DNA of 60,441 nt, filler included, from Nemertoderma westbladi (GCA_032718475.1; 3 parts of 3 records of this genome joined end to end with filler, not necessarily neighbours in it); one strand, 5' to 3'; positions 10,742 through 23,100 are shown, numbered from the whole stretch's first letter. Numbers and translations are program-made. Notes: generated by a model not told the origin, from the letters alone.

Positions 10742-12013
10742 TGTTCGCGCTTTTGAAGACCTTTAGCAGTTTAACCTGCCAAAATTTATATGTCTTTTAG
10801 TTAATTAAAACCACTTTAGCATACGACAATAATTTATGCTAATACGCAAAACATTAGCCGAAGTCAGCCCATGCGCGATCATTCACCCGATGGATCTACA
10901 CCCGGGAGACTGAATTCGGATGCTTGAATTGTATTATTACAGTGTAAGGTTGCAGTGTATACCTAATGTATTATTCGATAGATCGTTAATAATTAATCTC
11001 TGACAGATATTATTGGCTTTCGGGAAATATTAACAGTTCCTTTAGGACGTGGCGCTTTATCTATTTAAACAGAACTAGGACTTATACTAAACGCAACGAT
11101 ACTGCTTATGATTAAAGTATAAAGCGTATTCTTTAGGAAATACTTTGTTACCAATCTCAATCATACACACTATTCTGCCGACAGTCAGTACATTTGATCA
11201 CACATAAAGAGAGCAGTAATTGACTCACGTAGGGTCTGCTAAATAACATTGGATTCAATACACACCACATTAATATAAATCGCAATTGTTATGTATAGCC
11301 GGTCTCTCTAACCTGTAGTGTTATCAAGAAAATTGGGAATTGGGTGATTTATCCGTATTATCCAAATAGCAATATTTCCATCAACAAATAGGTACAATTA
11401 ATAACTGACGGTAAAATAACAGTACAAACAATATGATTAATGCAATTAAATTAAGTAAGTAAAGTATCAAGGTGAGATGAGTGATTTAAGTCAGATTTGA
11501 TGAGTTTCATTAGGTAACAGTTTATACTTTCGATAATTCAAGCAGTTTACGGTACAGCAGTATCTATCCAAAATGCCGGTGTTTCTGGCTTAGACAGCAA
11601 TAACAACAAAGTAACAAGCAAAAAACAGTAAGACTGAACACTCTCCTTATGATCGGCAGAAAAGCTACACGTCGACAGGAAAAACCGCCCTGATTGGCCC
11701 AAGCCAAACAAAGAACCACGCGTCCAATGGCTGTTTCCATGCCAGCAACCAGCTGCTAGATGTCGTAATATGAATCATCACGGCTAAGCTGTGAAAGGTA
11801 GTTAGTGCATTACAAGTTTTTTGTCTTACCATGTCCACTAAAACACGTATATAGCAGAATTACTTTTATGTCCGTTAAAACACCTGTAAAGGTACCTTGC
11901 GGGTGAGGGGAATATATATACAGTTAGAAAACCTTTTTTAGAGTATTCCAGCGCCTGGGGGGGAACTGGCCAGCATAGGCAAACGTATCAGTTATCCCAC
12001 AAAAGCTTTTACA
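10742..12013 (-). repeat. 5' LTR of the BEL/Pao-related element
   Basis: Direct repeat of 1648-2919; GC-box and CCAAT motifs at ~11685-11697 on the minus strand. Confidence 0.95.
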
Positions 12014-13768
12014 ATTATGTTTCATTGTGTTTAGGGCATGTACCCTACTATAGGAGGTATGTTTAGTACCCCAGGCCAAGGTAATTGAACGTGATCCCAT
12101 TGAACGTGCGTAACTAGCAAATTCATGAAACTTTCTTCAATTTTAGCATTTCAAACTCGGACAGTCGAAAAGTCAGACTGTTCGTTTGTTAGCTTATTTT
12201 TAAATACAGTATTGGGTAGTACTCTTAATGCCTAATGCGTATTGGCTATGAGTATTACATCATATGCATACATAGATATGCACAGAGTATCATATGCACA
12301 TTTATACCATGATTAAATGTCATCAGAACCAGTTACAAAGCCTTCCCAAACCCATGTGAATAAACTAGCAAGGTCTGTCACTCGCGGTCTCGTTTCGAAG
12401 TAGGCCTACCCCCACCCTATACACACACATCACTCATGCTATTTATCATGCTGTTGAACTATTGCGTTTTCCTGCATAAAATGTTCTTTGCATATTTTAA
12501 TTGTATCGGCTATTCTTGAACACAAGGTTGGTTTTCTCTCGCATCTGGACAGCACCATTACCATTATGATATTATAATATTTATAATCAATAGAAAACAA
12601 TTTCTTGCAATATCTTGGCGGTCTCAACATTTATATTTAAATATAAATTAATTATTGGCGGGAAAATTCTACCTTATATCAGCTGTTTACTCCTAAAAAT
12701 AAAACTGTAAACTGTTCTATTAAGTATTGTTTATTATTTTGGATAGAATAACGTGCCACTGTAACCTGCTTCTTTCCATAAATAGAGAATTTAATATAGA
12801 GGAGAGATATTAATTCGCCGAGATGGGATTCGCATGCAGTCCATCCCCCCCCCCCCCCCCCCACTACCCCCACACTCACCCCTCCCCCTGTATCCTGAAA
12901 AGATATAGATAATTTTAAAATGTTGTTTGTAACGTTTTACAGTCATTTTCAAAATAAATCATGTTTGTGACGTCATTAAACACGTCACAAATAACATATT
13001 AAATGAATTATATCAATTGTAACGAAATAAATGATACTACACGAAAAAACCATTTTATCATCTCTCTAAAAGTCACAATTTACCTGTTGGCTCGCCCCAT
13101 TCCATATAATAATAAATATACTAAAATAGGATATACATCATAAGCCTTTCCGCTTTGGTCATCTTGATAATTTACCAACTATTAGGGTTGTATTAAAGGT
13201 TAAGTGTTTGATATAGCCAATCACAGAATACCACAGCGTTAGGTTGATAAGTGGAGGCGATGTACCCACATATTATGTGTGAGTGTTGTCACCTCAGCTC
13301 AGAGCGAGTGGCTGTGTGAGACCGGCTTTTATATTGTTTTCTGATGAGTGTCACCCACTCGTCGGTGGGGGCGGGGCAACAAACATAATTATCTGCAGCC
13401 AATATAATCACACAGACGTTAATGAAAAGGTCACAGTTTAATAATTTATATTGTATTGGATACAAATGTTTCGCGATACTATGCTATCTTTTGGGATTCG
13501 AAATTAATTTAAATTTGAAACAAAAAAAGGCAATATATTTTCTTGGAAAATGTAATATACATCCAGGTGAATAAAGAGTTGTGAATCTATAGTGTCATAC
13601 ATTATTTACCATCTGACGTAGTTACGTGACACGGTACTGTAAGCATGGATTAATAATGACAATTAATATATAGGATCTGATAAAATTAATCCAAATAGCA
13701 TAAACTTATAATTATAATAAATTAATAAAAATTTATCAAAATAATCTTAAATCAATCCGTCTACCCCC

Positions 13769-14038
13769 CTAGTTCGGAGGCGGCTTCAGTTCGCGCTCCT
13801 CCGCTCCAACTCCCTGTGTTTGCGTGGGGGTCGGCAGTCCTGGAGGTGTCTCGGGTTCGGGGACGGAGCTGGTCTGCGTGGGTCTGACTTACCAGATAAT
13901 TATTGATTTGGTGGTGGCATTCTTGCTATTCCTTGGTGGTGCGATTTTTAATTGCTTTTAATTGTTTGTTCGTTACTTTAATATTGTGTTATCCTGTACA
14001 ATATATATTTATAAATAATGATTGTTAATAAATTTCAC
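13769..14038 (+). mobile_element. 5'-truncated non-LTR retrotransposon 3' end (CRE-like)
   Basis: 14-bp TSD ATCCGTCTACCCCC (13755-13768, 14039-14052); translates LVRRRLQFALLRSNSLCLRG, resembling the C-terminus of CRE-type RLE elements; AATAAA near the 3' end. Confidence 0.7.
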
Positions 14039-14508
14039 ATCCGTCTACCCCCTGTCCCCATGTCTATTCATCTTTTAAAATAATATGATGGAATTGCAAT
14101 ATTCTTTAAATTTTAGGTCGAATCTTAATAATATTTGACTCAATAGGACATGGGAATGGAATAACATAAAACCTGCAGATCTACATATTTTACAAACGAA
14201 ATGTTGAAAAAAAATATTGAGTAGATATATATGGGTGTAAGTCGAGTTTCGCAAGTGGCAGAGGAATTAGCGAATGAGTCTTAGGTTTGTGTGTTTGTGT
14301 TAACATATTCCGGATAGGAAAACTTTTGTATTTTTTCCCTCAGGAAAATAGTTTATAAATATTAGGCCTTCAGATAGTACGTGAATCGTTATACTTAGGT
14401 TTATATGTACAGTTATACTTCGCCAAAACGGGGTTTACAACATTGTATTTCTAAAAATGATGAAAAGTGTATTCAGTGAAAATTACCATGGTTACTAAAT
14501 GCTGCAAA

Positions 14509-15162
14509 TTAAATCAAAAAATAATATAAACTAAAGTACGAAAAATGAATACCAATTAATTTATTGGCTAATGACGTCACACCGATATCATTAATGTTAT
14601 CCAAGTTATCAGCAACTGATTCTATTGTTGTAGAATCTACGGTACCACTCTCTGGACGACCTCGGTTGGCCTTCTGGTCTCCTACTGTTGTTGTCTCAAT
14701 GTCTGCGGTGTTTGGGAACGAACACTCTTCCAAACGAGCGCATCTCCTAACCATTGCTTTCAGGTTCATCCCCTGCAGTACATCCCCTAGGTGAGTAGTG
14801 TTACACGGCACCAGTTCTACAAGCGGTTTCCCAGGGTAGTTCACACAATGCCCTCCATCTCGCAGTCCAGTTACCGGTAAGCAGTCAGTAGTCGAAGAAT
14901 TAAGAATAACTCGGTATTCCACGCCCCTCAATTTAAGATTTATATCGGCGGTAAAAGTCTGAGATTTACATCCATTCTCACAGAACGTTCGGTTGTCAGT
15001 AGTTTGTTGGTTCCATCTAGCTAACGCATGTTCTAGAAACGCGAAGGTGGGATAAGAGACACCGCTGATTCTGCTAACAACTTCGCTACAGTTATACTTC
15101 GCCACGGTTGTTGGTAGTAATAGTGTGGTAACCGAGATATAAATATATATTAATCGCTCCAT
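14509..15162 (-). CDS. Single-exon secreted Cys-rich protein, probably GPI-anchored
   Basis: 217 aa; N-terminal signal peptide, 8 Cys, several N-glycosylation sequons, S/T/D-rich stalk, hydrophobic C-terminus. Confidence 0.7.
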   Translation of the reverse strand: MERLIYIYISVTTLLLPTTVAKYNCSEVVSRISGVSYPTFAFLEHALARWNQQTTDNRTFCENGCKSQTFTADINLKLRGVEYRVILNSSTTDCLPVTGLRDGGHCVNYPGKPLVELVPCNTTHLGDVLQGMNLKAMVRRCARLEECSFPNTADIETTTVGDQKANRGRPESGTVDSTTIESVADNLDNINDIGVTSLANKLIGIHFSYFSLYYFLI

Positions 15163-15882
15163 AATAATATGTAAGAATGTAAATTACTGCGGCGGTATTC
15201 CTAACATTGTAAACGTTATGTGTAGGCCTAAGTACTAAAAATGAGAATAATAAATATATTTATACAAAATAATTTATTGACTAAATGAATGAATCCGAAC
15301 ACCCAATTTGTGTTAAAGTGGATTTAAATACTTAATACTTTTTAATTTGAATGGTTTAATTTAATTTAAAACAATAAGGGGAAGGAACTTGTTTCATTGT
15401 AGGTATTTTCTAACCAAAACAATAAACAAAACTTTATTTCATATGCAACCAATTAGCGATGTAGATAACGTTTTTTTTTAGCGGGGGCCACTATCTCAAT
15501 TTTTTTATTAGCATATTATTCGAGAACGACAAAGTTTCAGAGTTAATTTGAGTTATACAGCAAAATGTATTTTAGCATAAAACCTAAAAGATAAAACCCA
15601 ACCGGTAAGTGGACAGAGCTATTTGATTGTAGGCCTAGTCATACTGAAATAATTAAATAAATAAATGATAGAATTCCAATTCCAGATGTATTTACAAAAG
15701 TAAAAATACTCAGGTATATAGATGACTGCGGTTGGTGTGTTTGTGTGCGGAATGTTAATAGACTAATTAACAACATAAATTAATTATAACACATTAATTG
15801 TAATAAAGTAAAACACATTAATTATTATACAAATAAATTTTAAACAGACTTTAAAATAAGTCCTAAATGTCCTTAAACGAGA

Positions 15883-16130
15883 CAGGGGGGGGGGGGGGGG
15901 GACTGGACGCAACTCCCATATTGGCGAGTTAGGCCTAATATCCCGCCTCAATATTAAATTCTGAATTTAGGGAAAGGAGCAGGTTACAGTGGCACGTTAT
16001 TTTAACCAAAACAATAAACTAAGAACAATAGAACAGGTTACAGTTTTATTTTTGAGAGTATTCAGCTGTTATTTGCGTCGAATTTCCCCAGGAGAGGGAT
16101 TAATTTTTATTGCGTCCAAAGTCCCCCCTA
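15883..16130. mobile_element. ~250-bp MITE with poly-G/poly-C ends
   Basis: Ends (G)nACTGGACGCAA / TTGCGTCCA..(C)n; related copies at ~12680-12890, 20312-20556, ~20770-20916, ~25385-25891 and ~30335-30410. Confidence 0.7.
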
Positions 16131-17786
16131 TCTGCCTTAAAACATACGGCCTTATGGTTATTTTTCAGAATAATCGCCCATAAGCTTCCAGTAAATGTTG
16201 GCCTAAGTAGGGTAAGTAAAGTTTGGCCTGCCAAACTGTTTTCGAATTTGATTTAAACCCATCAAGCCGATGAAGCTTATGTTTAAGGAAATTTATTAAC
16301 GGACTTATTTCGCCTTAGAAAATGTTTATTTTCAAATATAATTACTTAAAGAGTCCATCCCACCTTGATCTAGTGGTTGCATTGAATTTACATCTCCCCA
16401 TAGGTTGTAGGTTCGATCCCTGCAGGGGGCCAGGGCATATTTTGTTTTTAAAAATATTACAAAATTAATATTTATAAATTATTTGATATTGAAATTTTAA
16501 TATATTTAATATTAAATAATTTATAGTTATTCGAATTTTATATGCTACAGGTTTGTTACGGGTTGTTAAATAAATGAAATATAAATTTTTATTGGAATTA
16601 ATTATCATATAAATGCCCTTTAAAACCTATTTATAATTATGTATTATTATTTTTAAGTTAAAAAACCGCAGGAAATAAATTGATTGATTTTATAATAAAA
16701 TAAATTCAAATATGGCCCAGTTATCTACAGTAACTAGGGTACTACAGTAGATTAAACAGAACTAATTAGCTGAATTGGCTTTGTTTAAATATCTAATATA
16801 CCCAGTGGGTGGAGTAACTATTAATTACGACGGCTCGCAAGCAGTAACGCCCTAAACATACTTAATTGCTCATAAAGCCAGTTCGCATACAAGTTTATAA
16901 CCTAAAGATTTGTATACAACTGTATACAAGAGCAAATATACAGCAAGTAAAGATACCGTGAAATCAATGGTTAACATGTAATGAATATTTTGGCATTGGC
17001 TTAGCTTGGTTATGCACCACTCTCATGCTTTCTATTTAATTGATAACATTATTTATAATTGTTAATCGCAAAGGTAGTTATTATAAGTTAATATTTCAGA
17101 GGCGGGTCCAGTATATTTTTGAAGGGGGGGGGGGGGGGGGGTGTAGGGGTGTCGTTGACGTGAGGAAGTTAAAAAAAATGAACCGTATTATTAGTTTATG
17201 CTGCTAGTTAAACATGTAATTTTTTAGTTTGAATTTCTAAAATTTTATAATAGTAATTACTAAAGCCGCCCTCATGTAAAATATTATAAAAGGCAATAAA
17301 TAAATATCAATAAAAAATAACATACAATATGAAGTGTGAAGTGGGGCAAGGCATTCAGTGATTTTAGACAAGATGTCGAATCAGACAATATGTTGGCCAC
17401 ATGACGGTTACGGTCAGTGTACTTTGACAGGTGAAACCAAAGCATTTTCCCACTGTGTACACCAAAGCTGGAGGCTGTAGTGCAGTATGGTGGCAGTTTG
17501 AAGCCCTCCCTGCTGTGGTCAATTAGGCATTTTATTTTGAGTTTAAACCTACAGTACAGTGTACATACAATCTACTACAGTACTTACACACAACCCACAG
17601 TACTTACATACAACTCACAGTACCTACAATGCGATGGATGACAAGGCTGGGTAATGAGGATGGAGTAAGTCATCTCTATATAATCTTATTAAAGCTCCTT
17701 AGATTAAATCAATATTTATTGCAATAACATTTTGTTTAGTGAAGACTTTTATTTAGTACTGTATAAGTCAAATAACCATTACTGTA

Positions 17787-19193
17787 TAGTGGGGTCGCTT
17801 AAGGCTAAAATATAGCAAAATCGTTAATTGCCGGACAAAAAAGCATGAAAATGTGACTATATATGTAAAAAAATGTGTACCAAAAGAATTGACTACTTCC
17901 CTAGCAACAGGATTAATTTTTTTATAGCAACCGGATACTTTTGGTCGTATCTGTTATTGAAACTCGCCATATAGAAAAATTACGATTATATTACTGGGTT
18001 GGTTTAAAAATATAAGTCGTGTACATGTTTCCATAGCAACAAGGTGACTTATCCCTAGCAACCGCTGTATATTAATGTAATTATGATTCAAATTTCGATT
18101 GAAATTTGATGTCTAGGAATATAAGATTGTTAGTAGTGACATCGGTTCTGATACACGTTTCCTTAGCAACAAGTGACCTTTCCCTAGTAACTGCCTGAAA
18201 TTCTGATTGAAACTTGGGATAATCAACCTGTATAGCAATATAGATGGTAGTGGGTAACTTTTTAACTTTTTGTAACTAGTAACTTTTTATTTCAATTTTT
18301 ATGCGAATGTTTGATTTTACCCAAAATATTTTATAAACCAAATGTTTTATTTAATAAATATATAATTGCGATTGTATTTTACTCTACAAATAATTAGTCT
18401 CTTTTACTGTTTATTTATTGATTTCAGTGATTAAGTACAGGTACCTACTAATTGTACTAACTAACTACCTACAGGAATTAAAACAAACAATTCAATTATT
18501 CAGACTTGTGGCGGCCCACCTTTGTGTGCCTTTATGACTGATCTAAAACCTTAATAAATCTGCACCTTGAAGGCGAAATTGTAAAAATTGCTTGTGAAGT
18601 ACTTTTTATAGATTGTTAGACATTTGCCTACTGTATATCAATCACACATATAATTCGTATAATTAAAATAAATTATTGTATAAGTATAATACTAAATCAT
18701 TTTAATTTACAGTCTTGTGGCTGTGTATTTGATGTATAAAACACATTAACCTCATAAAGCCAAAAGTGCAATAGTTTTTAAAGATGGATATCACATTTTG
18801 TTTCTATGGAAACGTGCATCGCAGCTCCAATATACTACTAACAACATCTTATATTGCTAGACATGTTGATTACCCCAAGTTTCAATCATAATTTCATTAA
18901 ATATAGAGAGGTTGCTAGGGAAAGGTCTCCTTTGTTGCTATGGAAACGTGTACAGACTAATATTTTTAAACCAACCCAGTTATATAATCGTAATTTTTGT
19001 TTATGACGAGTTGAAATAACAGAAACGACCAATTTTACCCGGTTGCTATGAAAAAGTCACCCTGTTGCTAGGGAAGTAGTCAATTCTTTTGGTACACAGA
19101 CTCAGATTAATCTACACATTTTTATACATATATAGTAACAGTTTCATGATTTTGTCCGGCAATTAACCATTTTCACCTTAAGCGAACCCACTA
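17787..19193. mobile_element. Non-autonomous DNA transposon with ~400-450-bp imperfect TIRs (TAGTGG termini, possibly Academ-like)
   Basis: TAGTGGGGTCGCTTAAGG... versus ...CCTTAAGCGAACCCACTA; inverted similarity continues inward (e.g. TGTGTACCAAAAGAATTGACTACTTCCCTAGCAACAGG); superfamily uncertain. Confidence 0.8.
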
Positions 19194-20042
19194 TTAGACC
19201 GATATAATTAATTAGTTGGGAGTCTTAATTATATAAAATAAAATATTTCTTTTGTATGACCTTCAAATTATTTACACGGTCTAGAAAAAAATGTATATTC
19301 CCACGATTTATAGATTTCTAGAAACTTTAAAAAGGAAAAATATTATAAGCTAATTTCTATAATTCATAATAAACTATAACGGAACTTCCTAAATAAAAAG
19401 CAATACTTTATAAAAGATCAGAACAAAATGAGAAAATATACAAAGTACACAAATATTATTATAATAGGCCTAGAGAGGAGGAAATATTATCAACCCAAAT
19501 ACTATTACTGAATATGTGAGTCTGATATATTGTTTAGATTCCAACTGTGAACCTCCATATTCACTGGCCATTATAGCACAGAAAAGTAGAAAGTTCCTTG
19601 ACAAGTACAAACTTACTTATATTAAAAGCCAGTCACAAATTGCTTATATATTAATATTCCAATGACAAGTGTTATTATAACTAACGGCCATAGCAGAGCT
19701 GTCATTCATAGATGTAGAGTATTACTTATATAGGCCTAATATTTGCGGATCATTAGATTGTATTCTGTTTTATATTTCTGACTATTTGACGAATGACACA
19801 TTCACATATGTATTATTTACAAATATTTTTAGAAAAGAGGTCACATACAACCTTACATATGACATAATTAAGAAAATCTGCCAAAAATTATTCATTATTT
19901 CAATAATTGAAAGTCTTTATTTGAATTTTGAAGTAACTCGGGTTAAGTTTACTGGATAAGAAACCGACTGGAAAACAAACGGGGCGCCAAATACCCATAA
20001 ATAATCTACATGAAAAAGTATTAACTGAAATAAATGAAAGTC

Positions 20043-20200
20043 TGGGGCGTCGGCGGGATACAAAACAGATGTTACTACGACTTTAAGCAATGTTTGGGGC
20101 GTCGGCGGGATACAAAACAGATGTTACTACGACTTTAAGCAATGTTTGGGGCGTCGGCGGGATACAAAACAGATGTTACTACGACTTTAAGCAATGTTTG
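20043..20200. repeat. 52-bp tandem repeat, 3 copies
   Basis: TGGGGCGTCGGCGGGATACAAAACAGATG... at 20043, 20095 and 20147. Confidence 0.95.
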
Positions 20201-20311
20201 TTTGTTGTGAAATCAAATTTGGGTTAGTATTCTGTAACATTTCTTCACTACTGTAATGATTTCCGCGCCTTTCTCAATAGTGTTTGTGATTACGAATAAA
20301 GGCATTATCAT

Positions 20312-20556
20312 TAGGGGGGGGGGGGGGGGGGGGGGGGAACTAGACGCAATAAAAATTCACCCTTCTCCAGGGGAAATTGGACGCTGATTAATAACAGCTG
20401 ATTACTCTCAAAAATAAAACTGTTCTATTGTGTTTAGTTTATTGTTTGCTTAAAATAACGTGATACTTTAACCTGCTCCTTTCCATAATTGAGAATTTAA
20501 CATTGTGGCGGGATATTAATTCGCCGAGATTGGATTTGCGTCCAGCTTCCCCCCTG
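20312..20556. mobile_element. Poly-G-ended MITE copy (inverted relative to 15883-16130)
   Basis: Reverse-complement similarity to 15883-16130 including both ends. Confidence 0.7.
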
Positions 20557-20980
20557 TCAGGTGCAGTAAGATAATTTATATGTTTGTACTTTGGACAACC
20601 CCCAGCGGTATAATAGGCACCTGGCTGCTCCAGGATAAGATAATGGAATGGATAAGGTTTGGATAGTTCAACGTTGGGAGTTAGTGTGGCGGCCTCACTG
20701 CCTTACAGAGGTAACAGCTATAAGAGAGAGGAGCCTTCGGGTTGTCCCCGGTGTTGCGTGTTTCGGCTAGAATAACACATGCCACTGAAACCTGCATCTT
20801 TCCAACAATTGGTAATAAACATATAGTTTTTTGGATGAGATATTAATTCACCTAGACGAGAGATTAATTTACCGAGATAGGAATTGTGTAAAGTCAACTC
20901 TCCCCTTCGCCCCCTGTTACTTTTTTATAGATTTCGACAGTGTCATAAATAGAAACAGACACTCAAATTATATATATGTA

Positions 20981-21080
20981 NNNNNNNNNNNNNNNNNNNN
21001 NNNNNNNNNNNNNNNNNNNNNNNNTTAATTAATTAANNNNNNNNNNNNNNNNNNNNNNNNNNNNNNNNNNNNNNNNNNNN
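20981..21080. other. Assembly gap with TTAATTAATTAA linker
   Basis: 100-nt N run with a central linker carrying stop codons in all frames. Confidence 0.98.
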
Positions 21081-22101
21081 TCTCATTATTATTGATACTG
21101 AAACTAAATACTTAGGTGTACAACACTGACATCAGCACTTTAATTAAGTAGTAGTAGATAGGCATTGCATTGCATCGCTTTGATGATAACAAACAATATT
21201 ACACTTAACACAAAAGTCCTGGGTTACTTTTAAATTGGTTTATAAGATATCTATGAATTCAATTCCGTAAGCCAAGTGTTATACGTTAGTAAAGCAATAA
21301 TCAGTTTAATAAACATAAGATTCTAAGATACAAACTGCTCAACGGTAGAATTTAGAAAATACATATAAATTATTATTTTTTGTAGATTAATTTTTAACAT
21401 TTTTTCAGGAGTTATTATTGTGTACATTTTTATTTTATTTTTTTTAAACAAAATTTATTTATTCAACAATCAACAGTAAAAACTTGCAACGAATCCTAAC
21501 AATGAAGAAGAGGAAAACAACAAGACACCAAAAACACTATCACAAGAACAAGGTCAAGAAATAAAATTAAATCAAGAAATTCAAAATATAAAAAATATAC
21601 AAGAAATAAAATATTGAGACAGCCAGCCGCTGGACTGGAGGTGGGCTGCACGGCTAGTTGGACGACATGACGACGGTCTTGTGTCATCCCCTCAAACGCG
21701 TGGTCGAATAGGACTTTCTCCCGGGGCTGCCATTCAGCTCGGCTTGTTTTCCGAGCATAAGGCACTCAAATGTGTGGTGCTATAGTAAACTCCTCCTCCC
21801 CCATGATGGCACTCTGGAGTAGTAGTTGTGTCCCCCCAGCCTTTGATGCAGTATTAGGAATGAAGGGGGCGGTCCTCTAGTATTCACTTCGATGTTGGAG
21901 TTGTTAATTTCTCGTTAGGTTTTAGTATTAAGGATTGATCGGCCCCAGTGGCTCAGATGGCAGAGCGTGGGACTTGGAATCTTTGCGCGATTTCACGCAT
22001 GTTTAATATCGTATCTCATCTCATAGGCTCAGACTATGAGATACATTATTTAATTATTGTTTTACAGTTATTGTGTACCGGTATTTTGTTTCATTTTCTA
22101 G

Positions 22102-22293
<192 letters not shown>

Positions 22294-23100
22294 TAGTCCT
22301 ACAGTATAAGGCCTAGCTAGGCCTATTGAAAAAAATGTGATCATATTAGGCCGAAATTATTTTACGACAGATGATTTTAGTAAATGGAAAATCAAGTCGT
22401 TTTGTGAGCAAAATCAACATTCACTATTATACAATAAATTTATTTGAGTACTGAAATCAGTACAAAGAAGACAATAAAGTAATCATGCTACAGTTTATCA
22501 CTCGTTTTATGTTTTTGCTTGATAATATGAAATTAATTTTGGAATATCTTAACTTTTGTTCAATTTTAAACTTTGCATAACGATTTTAGGCGGCCAACAA
22601 TAAAGTATACATTTAATCACTTTACTTTGAATATTTTTACCTTGTTGAATAGTATTTAATAACGAACCTACCTATTAATAGGCCAGGGTAGTTCTTGTCA
22701 AGAGTTGAGCCGTTCTAAAACACGATGTGGTTGTGTGTGTGTGTATATATGTATAACCATCCAATATCTCAAAACCTCAAGCAGGTACGCAAAAATTTTA
22801 ATAACAAACTCTACATAAATATTGGTTGCGCACAAGACTGTATATTTTTTGTGGCGTTTCGATCACGGGGTCACTGAAAAATAGCGGTTTTGAAAATTTA
22901 AAGTCGAATTCAACTCGTCGAGTAGGCACCAACTTTTTTATTTGCGATATTCAGTCATCTGAGCACCATATTTGAGCCTCGGAATCTTTTCAAATATCGC
23001 CAATCTCGCACAGAACGTCGCCAAAATTTGTTAGACCGGCAAAAAAACGCACTAATTCGTCTAAAAGAGTAAATTATTGGTTGCAGAATAATATGATTCA

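Larger units (their letters stand above)
1648..12013 (-). mobile_element. Non-autonomous BEL/Pao-related LTR retrotransposon (integrase plus two orphan ORFs)
   Basis: Two 1272-bp LTRs with TG...CA ends and no differences seen on inspection; 5-bp TSD ATTAT (1643-1647, 12014-12018); purine-rich GGGAGCGG abuts the 3' LTR on the minus strand; BEL-type integrase inside. Confidence 0.93.

Noticed and set aside
13341-13366. CTGATGA as a hammerhead core
   Set aside because: No GAAA after stem II; it forms a simple hairpin.
21025-21036. TTAATTAATTAA inside N runs (also 44154-44165)
   Set aside because: Artificial scaffold linker; adjacency across the gaps is not guaranteed.
21941-21982. tRNA gene
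   Set aside because: Only a 5' half with an A box; probably a SINE head fragment, as at ~16360-16432 and ~31435-31510.
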